Shown here: positions 55,925 to 64,000 of the stretch, piece by piece
How the letters are laid out: every line of letters starts with the position of its first letter
Numbering within the stretch: position 1 is the stretch's first letter
Source of the DNA: Picochlorum sp. SENEW3
Lineage: Eukaryota
Assembly: GCA_034226945.1 (NCBI GenBank)
Contig: CP120461.1
Coordinates: 62,001 to 126,000 of the forward strand
Length of the DNA: 64,000 bases
Direction of reading: 5' to 3'
Position numbers and translations under genes: made by a program
The notes under the pieces: generated by a model
The model's input: the letters and a program-made list of their open reading frames with translations, nothing else
What the model was told of the DNA's origin: nothing
Databases searched by the model: none

Positions 55925-56606
55925 TGATGGTGCATAATACAACAATCCATTGTGTTCAGTCACAGCATCCATGTTCATGTGGTCCAAAATGGATGGTACT
56001 GGAACCTTCTGCTTCCAACACTTTCGAATCAATCCAATAAACTTCTGTCTGTCTTGTACAGCTGCTTCAACCTCTTGACAAGAGTTTCGTCCAGCTGCAA
56101 TCCCACAGCAACAGTGTTCAAAGCAACTTCTGGAGGTCTGCTGAGCAAATCAGCAATACAGTTCTTCTTCTCGTCGATGTATTGAATATCCAGGTTGTAA
56201 TCAGCCATATTTTGTAACCATCTGCTTTGTACCAGATTGAGATCTTTTTGAGTGAGCATGTGGGCCAAAGGCCTGTGATCAGTAAAGACCACATTCTTAG
56301 GCTGTCCTAGCAGGTAACTCCTGAAACGTCACACAGCGAGCCTCATAGCAAGAAATTTCTTATCATAGACCGAATACTTGAGCTCTGCATTACCCAGCTT
56401 TTTAGAGTAATATCCAAGAGGATGATACATGCCATCCACCAACTGTGTGAGCACTCCTCCAATGGCATGCTCGGAAGCATCTGTGAACAGGTAAAATGGG
56501 TTGGACACATCCACCAATCTCAAGACTGGGTACGTGGTCAAAGCATTCCTGAGCACCTCATAAGCTTGCTGAGCTTTCCGTGTCCACACAAAGGGCACAT
56601 CCTGCT
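55925..56606 (-). mobile_element. Ty3/gypsy LTR-retrotransposon pol relic (RT connection/RNase H)
   Basis: PFVWT..AQQAY..L...L...PVL, LFTDAS..AIGGVL.Q, YYSKKL, VFTDHRPL, RWLQ, N.IADLLSR; in-frame stops at 56329 and ~56029. Confidence 0.9.
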
Positions 56607-56938
56607 TGGTGTTTGTTGGTGTTTGGAGTGGAAGAGGAAATGGCATGTGACAGGCCTCTTCGACTCCAAGCCAATCCTGCCCTGCCAATCAATACCAAGA
56701 GTTTCTCTCCTGGTATTCTCTTCGTCGATCCACAATTTGCACGAGTGTAACATTGTGGCCAAAAACAGTAAAAATTTTTATATCATGACCCAAATTTGTA
56801 CCATAAAAGTGGTACAAATTACGAAATTTTTTACAAAATTCGGTTTAAATCTGGCCTGTTTTAGCCCTCATTCATCATGACGAGAATGTATGGCCTTGAC
56901 GTTCTAGTGTTTGAATTTTTTACACAAATTTCTTGATT

Positions 56939-58078
56939 ATGGGGGCATCAATCATACCCAAAGAAGCACAGAATGATCCCAGTGAGTTTGGGGTCATTCA
57001 GCATGGGGACAATGTTGCAATCTATGAAAGACCAGATGCTGTCAAATCTACCACCATAGATGAGCATGGAATATACCAGAGTCGAGATGGGCTACATGAG
57101 ATGAAGGTAGGAGTGCGATATTGTTTACTAAGACCTGTTTTCAAACATGTCATGCAACTTGAATGCAAAACCATGTGCGTGCAGGATTGGATAGGGCGAG
57201 AGTACGGCACGAGACTGATTAATTCCAAGGGAAAATCTATATATGTAGTCAAATTGACTCCGGAATTATGGACGCTGGCATTGACGCATAGGACCCAGGT
57301 GCTGTATGTGGCTGATATAGCCATGGTGGTGTTCAAGCTGGAGCTCAAGCCTGGGGCTCTCGTGTTAGAGACGGGGACGGGAACGGGTTCTTTGACGACG
57401 TCCCTTGCGAGGGCTGTGGCGCCGCATGGTAAGGTGGCGACGTTTGATTATCACGAGGAGCGTGTGGGATTGGCAAGGAAGGATTTTGAGAGGCATGGTA
57501 TTGATCATGTGGTGGATGTTACCCGCCGAGACACGCAGCGAGATGGATTTCCTGAGGAATATATAGGCAAAGCGGATGCGGTATTTTTAGATGTTCCGAT
57601 GCCGTGGCTGGTGATTGGTTCGGCAGCTGCGTGTTTGAGACCAGATGGGATGGTGTGTAGTTTCAGTCCTTGCATCGAGCAGGTCCAGCGGACCTGCGAC
57701 GCGTTAAATTCGAATGGATTTAAGGATATCCAAACCATGGAGATTCTGCTTCGAGAACATCAAATTGTGAAGGAAGGGTTGCTGTCTACTATTGATTTGA
57801 TGTACATTCAGCAGGGACGTAGAGCCAAGGCTGCGACAAAGAATGCAGAGGGACCTCCGGAGAAGAAAAAGGTCAAGCTGAGCGAGGACGCTCATAATCA
57901 TAGTAATGCAAATGATGCGAATAGTGAGAAACAAGAAGGAAATGCCACGGGGAAACAAGAAGCGAACAATAAGAAGAAGAAGCCACAAAAAGAGTTGATG
58001 AGCAAGCCTGTCTTTGCAGCCAAAGGCCATACTGGATATCTTACATTTGCTCGTCGTGCTGTATCAATTACAGGTTAA
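56939..58078 (+). CDS. TRM61: tRNA (adenine58-N1)-methyltransferase catalytic subunit; intron ~57107-57185
   Basis: PELWT..L.HRTQVLY..DI, VLETGTGTGS, DAVFLDVP.PW, SFSPCIEQVQ, HTGYLTFA. Confidence 0.93.
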   Translation: MGASIIPKEAQNDPSEFGVIQHGDNVAIYERPDAVKSTTIDEHGIYQSRDGLHEMKVGVRYCLLRPVFKHVMQLECKTMCVQDWIGREYGTRLINSKGKSIYVVKLTPELWTLALTHRTQVLYVADIAMVVFKLELKPGALVLETGTGTGSLTTSLARAVAPHGKVATFDYHEERVGLARKDFERHGIDHVVDVTRRDTQRDGFPEEYIGKADAVFLDVPMPWLVIGSAAACLRPDGMVCSFSPCIEQVQRTCDALNSNGFKDIQTMEILLREHQIVKEGLLSTIDLMYIQQGRRAKAATKNAEGPPEKKKVKLSEDAHNHSNANDANSEKQEGNATGKQEANNKKKKPQKELMSKPVFAAKGHTGYLTFARRAVSITG

Positions 58079-59573
58079 ATAGTGTATTGAATTCGTTTGT
58101 TAATCGTGTCATTGCATTTGCGTATTGGCCTCCATGCCAATAAATGTGTTTGGGGTCTTTTGAGCAGACCCAAAACTCTGAAATTCTCTCCAAGACAGCG
58201 GGGGGCACATCATGACCTGCCTCGAGTTCTTCTGGACCTTTTGGATCTGGCATGAATTCTCCATTACAAACAGGACACCGACTCATCAAATGTGATTTTT
58301 CCACAGCGATATCAAATACCGTGATGATTTCCTCTGCCTGTGCCTTTTTTGTCTCATTTATCACAAAATACAACTGACCAGACACTCGTCTAGCGTAAAA
58401 TATCGTATCTTTGGTTAAAATAACCCTATTTTCAGACTCTGCTTGTTCTACTATACGTCTCTGGGTCAAGTATCGTTCCCATTTTGACAATGTAGGTGCA
58501 GCTTCGGCATCTATTCCCCATAAACGTAGCTGGCGGGCCAGGCCCAAGAGCATGACATCGCAGATAAATCGAGGCCCTTGTCCTCTCACATTCGGATCAG
58601 GGCTATCTCTCCATGGAATGAACTGCGGCAGAATCTTGTGCAATACCTTGGTACGGCCAGTCTTCTTCTTCTTCTGGTGCTGTTTTCCTTTGGCGCTTGA
58701 GGCATTCCAAAACCCACTCTTCTTCGAAATTCGGCGCGATGTGCCATTCGACCATGACCAATCTTGTCCAAATTCTGATACCACAGTTCTCAGCGTGTCA
58801 CTACCGTCAAACTCGAGCACCTGAGGCTGCCGTGTCAAACAATACATGCCCCCTTCCTTGCATGGATGTGCCACACGCTCCATCAAGGCTCGTATCTTTT
58901 GCTCACCTTGGTCCTCTAGAAGACTCCGATACATACAGAAAGCTACGATGAATAGATCCAGTAGACACGCCGCGTCATTTGCAGCATAGAGCACTTGCTC
59001 TGATGACAATGGTTTCTTTTCCCATGCAGAGCATTGCAACGTCTTATCCAGAGATACCCCTAAAACATCCATCAACATGGGGCTCAATCCTTTCATTTTG
59101 AACGTTCCATGTAATCCAGGAGCACCCATATGCCAGAGCCGTGTATACAACTGAGTCACTTCAACAGCACCCAAGGCAGGTGTGCCCACACAGTCTAGAG
59201 CTAATGACACAGCCTTGATGTCCGTATCCAACGAATGCCCAATCTTCAAACACAGGGAGTTCTTCAAAAGAATTTTGAAGGCGTTTCTGATACACCCCTT
59301 GTCCCCAACCGTATCAATGTCAATCACAAACGTCTTTTTGTGCAATTCCTGGGACCCTTCAGGAACACTCAGACATGCTAATTGGACCACACTGGCACAT
59401 GGCGACCCAGAGGATGTCATATACGGAGGCCACTCAGCATCAATACCAACCACAATCGCATGCTCCAGGGCACGCTGACATGCCTGCATGTCCAGCACCG
59501 TTTCAACCACCATCACCCCCCTGGGTGACAGACTGCAGTCGGAACAGGTACTTGTCGTGTCGGCTACCGACAT
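58068..59573 (-). CDS. EXD3: EXD3/Mut-7-like 3'-5' exonuclease with Mut7-C (PIN + Zn ribbon) domain
   Basis: VGIDAEW, LDKTLQCS.W...PLS.EQ..YAA.DA, FICDVML.GLARQLR..G.D, SRCPVCNG, FWVC...K.IYW.G. Confidence 0.85.
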   Translation of the reverse strand: MSVADTTSTCSDCSLSPRGVMVVETVLDMQACQRALEHAIVVGIDAEWPPYMTSSGSPCASVVQLACLSVPEGSQELHKKTFVIDIDTVGDKGCIRNAFKILLKNSLCLKIGHSLDTDIKAVSLALDCVGTPALGAVEVTQLYTRLWHMGAPGLHGTFKMKGLSPMLMDVLGVSLDKTLQCSAWEKKPLSSEQVLYAANDAACLLDLFIVAFCMYRSLLEDQGEQKIRALMERVAHPCKEGGMYCLTRQPQVLEFDGSDTLRTVVSEFGQDWSWSNGTSRRISKKSGFWNASSAKGKQHQKKKKTGRTKVLHKILPQFIPWRDSPDPNVRGQGPRFICDVMLLGLARQLRLWGIDAEAAPTLSKWERYLTQRRIVEQAESENRVILTKDTIFYARRVSGQLYFVINETKKAQAEEIITVFDIAVEKSHLMSRCPVCNGEFMPDPKGPEELEAGHDVPPAVLERISEFWVCSKDPKHIYWHGGQYANAMTRLTNEFNTLFNL

Positions 59574-59844
59574 CCTGCTCGTCCCCGTACGCCTTCCACA
59601 AATACTACTCTCCCATCGATCTATCTAGTGAATTTGTTTTGTCATGAGAAGGTGAAGGCGTGGCACTGTGGCATCTCCGATGCCCATTCAAACTCCCAAA
59701 GTAATTCGTGAATCCCACGATTCCCGAATATCGTGTCCATATACCTGGATATGGTACAGATTTTGTCAGTCCCCATGTCTCCAAGCAGTCACAATCTTAC
59801 ACGTAATATTCAGAAACGTACTACCTTTGCAGCAATTAAGCGCG

Positions 59845-60704
59845 ATGCAGGTACGATGCTTATATCTGTTCCCAGAGAAGAGCGTTGTCGTGGTGACGAA
59901 AGATTGGCTGTGGATGAAACATCCAGACAGGCAGTCGCAGTACACGACCTTGTCCTTTCAGGTCCATACACCCATCTTATTTCATGAGTCAAAGCATATT
60001 TATTGCATGTATATGCTGGAAAGAGACGGTTGCTGACGAGAGTCTTGTTGTTTTTTGTGCAGACTGTCAGTGTGAAATCCACCTTTGCTACCACCCGTGT
60101 GGCTGCAACCCGTGCTAGCAGAGCTAGCGTACGTGTGTATGCTGCTGATAGAACTCTCTGGTTGCCAGGAGCCACCGCTCCAAAGCACCTCGACGGGAAG
60201 ATGGCTGGAGATTTCGGATTTGATCCATTGGGATTGGGAACTGACCCAGAGCGCCTCAAGTGGTATGCCGAGGCCGAGAAGACCAACGGCCGCTGGGCAA
60301 TGGCTGCCTGCGCTGGAATCCTCTTCACTGAGGTGCTCGGAAAGCCAAAATGGTTCGAGGCTGGTGCCGAAGAGTACTGGATGCCAAACAATGCATTGCT
60401 CGCTGTGGAAGCTGTGATCATGGGATTCTTGGAGCTCAAGAGATATCAGGGATGGAAGGACTCTGGAGTGTCTGGATTCATCAATGCATTCCCATTCGAT
60501 CCAGCTGGAATGAACTCCCCAGATATGGCTGTTAAGGAAGTGAAGAATGGCCGTCTTGCCATGGTTGCCTTTGTAGGATTTGCAGTTGCTGCTCTTGTGA
60601 CTCGTCAGGGACCAATCGAGGCCCTCACCAGCCATTTGGCCAGTCCATTCGAGAACAATATTATCGGAAGCATTGCCAATCTTCCAAATGTGATTGGAAA
60701 GTAG
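59845..60704 (+). CDS. LHCA9: Light-harvesting complex I protein, Lhca9 type; 6-nt first coding exon and intron 59851-60062
   Basis: RLKWYAEAEKTNGRWAM, SGFINAFPFDPAGMNS, KEVKNGRLAMVAF; ATGCAG|GTACG donor. Confidence 0.88.
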
Positions 60705-60741
60705 ATAGTGTCTTTTTTTTAAAAAGCAATAGCAACAACCA

Positions 60742-61881
60742 TTATTCACTCACATGTTCTTCAGCAATCGACATGAACTGGATTCGCACAATTGGGTATG
60801 TCTTGTCTCTGATCAATACATTGTTTACTCCCCACAAAATATCCTCCCAAAGCAAACCATCCTCCAACACTTCCTTGTGTGACATTGGCAGGGGAATCCC
60901 TGCCTTTCGGTATTCCTTACAGGACAAGATAGACTTGCACTTTGCAAACATAAACTTCTCTTGTCCATTACTCGCTGCTGTAGATGGAGATAACTCATAT
61001 CGCGAGGAATACGTTTCCAGAAGCATCACATGTGACTTCAATTTGGCAGAGGTCCTATCATGAGGCTTCAATCCCTGATCACACACAGCCTGCAGAGAAT
61101 ACTTGATCCAGGGATCATTATTCATACTAAAGACGACTGTAACTTCCTGTGAATGCTTCTGCTTTCCAGGGCCCATGGAGGACCTGGTGACCATGCGCTC
61201 ATGCCTGGCAGGCGTAAATGTAGGCACCACTGGTGAGAAATTACCAGACAACGGGCTCAAATCATAACTGTTTCCACTCCGAGTCACAACCCACGCCTTC
61301 TCAACACTGAATGAACACCCCTGAATAGGAGAACACCACGATCTAGACCTGATAGAATTGCGTGCCACTGACTGATACTTGTCCTGCGCCGGCAGTGGCC
61401 TCACCACGGCACGGATCTCCGCAACATCACGCAGAGGACTAGATATCGTGTGGTGTATATACCCATAATGCATCAACACAGCCACTAAGTCAGAATCAGA
61501 GGTATACACATCACTCCCCCACAGCTGCCTAGCTTTGACCTTGTGGTTACTGCTACTGACAAATTGCCCAGGAATCCTGACTTCAACGTCCTCATGCCCC
61601 TGTGGTGTGAGATGCTCTGTCAACTGATTCAAAGACTCCCCAGGCCTATAGACTAACACAGGCCTTCGGGCTCCTGCATACACACGATTGTCCGTGAGTG
61701 TTTCATTCCAGTAGTACTATCACGCGAGCGAATCCAAACATGCGGCTCCTCAACCAATTATTCACGAGTACGTGATAAACCTACCAGTCTTTTTTACCAC
61801 TCCAGGCACTGAATCATCCACTCTCGCAACCTTGCCAGTTGGCCCATCCTCGACGAGACTCTCCGATGGTCTCTTACTCAT
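60742..61881 (-). CDS. Rxt3/HDC1-like histone deacetylase complex protein; one intron
   Basis: VEVRIP, RQLWGSDVYT.DSDLVAVLMH.G, RNSIRSRSW, QEVTV.F...N.PW.KY. Confidence 0.85.
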
Positions 61882-62245
61882 CCCTGCTTCTTCCTCTTTG
61901 GTGGATAAATATCTGATGCGTATACTATAAAATCCAGCTCAGGATTTCTGTATTCTACTCGCTGCTTCCCTGTTCTTGGTTGGGTCAGACACCAGCAGAA
62001 ATGACAGACTGAATGAAACGGACAGCTTTCTGTCTCAAGACACACCAACAAAGAAATGGAATTATTTCACCAGAGTTTATTTTTTCAGAAATACGCCTAA
62101 TGTTTTGTTTGTTTCAAAAGCGATGCAGATCTCGACTTGGAAACATTCCTTAATTGATATATTAAATCGGATCTGGGCGTACGCCTTCCGGGAAAAAACG
62201 GCTCTTACAAAGTCAGTATCATCATCATCATGTACGAATGCCATA

Positions 62246-63138
62246 CTACGCGGCTTCCTTCTGGGCCTCCTTTTCTGCGGCACGCTCAGCCTGCTTTCTC
62301 TTTTCTCTCTCCACGAATTCCTTCATTATTTCCTTGGCAGCCTTGAGCTTGGACAGGATGTTTTTGTAGGTGACCAAATCAGCATTGACACGCTCCTGAG
62401 GAATGCCAACCCCTTCTACCAGGCCTCCAAGTGCCTTTGGGTCCTTGGCACCTGCCAATTCGAGCATTCTGAACAACCCTACGGCGAAAAATTTGGTATA
62501 CAGGAATTTTCCTGATGAAACCTTTTCGGCAATGGATGCCATGATCTGCTGGCATTCATTGCCATCAGAGGAAGGGAGGAGGGCGTCCACAGAACCTGCA
62601 GATGTTGCTGCCGCCTCCAGCATGGATGCGTCCTTCCTGTACTGCTCTGGGCTCTCTTCGAGAGCAGAAATATATGCGTTGAAGACTGCTTCTTGCTCTG
62701 CCTCTGGGAGTCCCTGCAAAACCTGATCAAAAATGGAGCAAATGCCGAGTGCCATGACTGGGTTGTACACATAGTTTGCATTCCACCTATACAAGTGCTG
62801 CTGCACCAACAGCTCCAGGACGACAGTGCTGTACAGAGATGGCAGTGGCCTGTTGAATGCCTGCAAGAACTTGGCCTTGGCATCCGCAACTGTTGGCGTG
62901 GCTGCAGAAGCGGTAATCGTCAGAGACGTGCGTCCAGAGGAAACACTCTGACGAGGCACTCTCTGAACACGAACAAAGACGGAATGTGCCTGTCTTGGCC
63001 TACATCATAAATATATCGTCAAAATCAACCAATGCATTCCATATACGGGTGAAAAGGTGCGATCGACCTGGGACCACAGAACGTCAGGCTGACGGCACAC
63101 GTACCTCTGCAATGCAGCCACTGGGACTGAACATCCAT
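62246..63138 (-). CDS. THF1: Thylakoid formation 1 / Psb29
   Basis: TVADAK..FL..F.RPLPS.Y.TVV.ELLVQQHL, YTKFFAVGLF..LE, V..DL..YK..LSKL..AKE; 5' exon approximate. Confidence 0.9.
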
Positions 63139-63478
63139 GGTTTATTTTAGTAAAATTCATCGTTTAGTGTACGAGAACAGAGAATTATAGAGTAGAGAGT
63201 GATGTCTCGTGTTGGATAGAGTCTCCCCTGTCAAACCAATCGAAGGCTCGTATCCTGCGTCGATTGATCGAATCGATGCTGTATATTTGTATAATATCAA
63301 AATATAAGGGTAATCTTGGGGCAATGGTTGCCTAAGGATGATTGGCACAGTGGCCATTCATGATTCGACTCGAATCATTCGACTCGAATGCCAGTCAAAA
63401 GCACGTTGAGCACATTTGCTGATGGAGATGTCATATGCTGTATCTATGGGTTACATCGTATTCATACATGTGATAATA

Positions 63479-64000
63479 TCATGCCCTTTTGGTCGCACCA
63501 ATCAGGACAGAGCCTCGAGCCAAGTTTGGTCTGCCACCCATGGCAGGGCCTGCTGCGACAGGGTCTTCGTCATCGCCCTCGTTCCCTGCGGCCTTGATCA
63601 TGTCCATGAGACTCTTTGGTCGGATATCTTTGATACCTCTGCAGTCCTCGTCTACAGAAATAACTTTGAGCAAAAATTCTTCATTCATAGACCTTGAGAT
63701 GACAACGACATGATCATTGGCTTTCAGGATACCTCCTGCTGTGGCCATGGCCACAGCCTCTTCGAGGAGGCCTTCGCCAGAGCTTGAGGAGGGTGTTGCC
63801 AGGACGGGGACGAGTCCGTAGGTCAGCAGGGACTGGCGGGCTGTTGAACTACCTTCCAGGATCCACCTCATACCGTCTCTCTTCAGGTATGGAATGACGA
63901 GGGTCAAAATGGGTTGACTTGGACGATACTTGGCAACAAGGGCTGCAGTTTTGCCGGTATGTGTGAGGCACACGATGAGTGCTGCGGACACACTTTCTGC
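63479..64000 (-). CDS. Pyruvate kinase C-terminal domain (5'-partial)
   Basis: A.LIVCLT.TG.TA.LVAKYRP..PIL, ARQ.L...GL.PVL, G......DHVVV. Confidence 0.88.
   Translation of the reverse strand, partial: AESVSAALIVCLTHTGKTAALVAKYRPSQPILTLVIPYLKRDGMRWILEGSSTARQSLLTYGLVPVLATPSSSSGEGLLEEAVAMATAGGILKANDHVVVISRSMNEEFLLKVISVDEDCRGIKDIRPKSLMDMIKAAGNEGDDEDPVAAGPAMGGRPNLARGSVLIGATKRA

Noticed and set aside
11362..61881. Apparent cluster of RNA-processing genes (PYM, TGH, RluA, MPP6, SDE2, NIFK, PNPase, TRM61, EXD3)
   Set aside because: Different compartments and pathways; such genes are common in a minimal genome, and there is no evidence beyond chance.
1..64000. CRISPR arrays, rRNA, tRNA, telomeric repeats, complete LTRs
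   Set aside because: None recognised; eukaryotic protein-coding context. Small ncRNAs cannot be excluded without a covariance-model search.

Overview
Gene-dense nuclear DNA of a green alga. Evidence: short GT-AG introns, many with CTAAC-type branch points; TGTAA poly(A)-type signals; green-algal LHCI genes; abutting or overlapping convergent genes. A Picochlorum-like compact trebouxiophyte is an inference. About 40 housekeeping, plastid and RNA-metabolism genes are recognisable. Two accessory regions stand out. (1) At 1-~2565 is an apparently intact, three-intron CACTA/Plavaka-like transposase. Its putative right end runs into the signal-peptide region of a PLP aminotransferase class V (MoCo-sulfurase-like) gene. 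(2) At ~50760-56880 is an island holding a tandemly duplicated, head-to-head pair of paralogous type II membrane precursor genes. Each has an EF-hand-like N-terminus, one TM helix, a beta-rich domain, an RRRL processing motif and a variable C-terminal peptide. The pair is surrounded by a Helitron/PIF1 helicase relic, a PARN fragment, a Ty3/gypsy RNase H relic and a 42-bp repeat. This pair is the best candidate for an undescribed system: a two-component, polymorphic, protease-released peptide locus. All family calls come from motif recognition by eye; no database searches were run. Exon boundaries are manual estimates.
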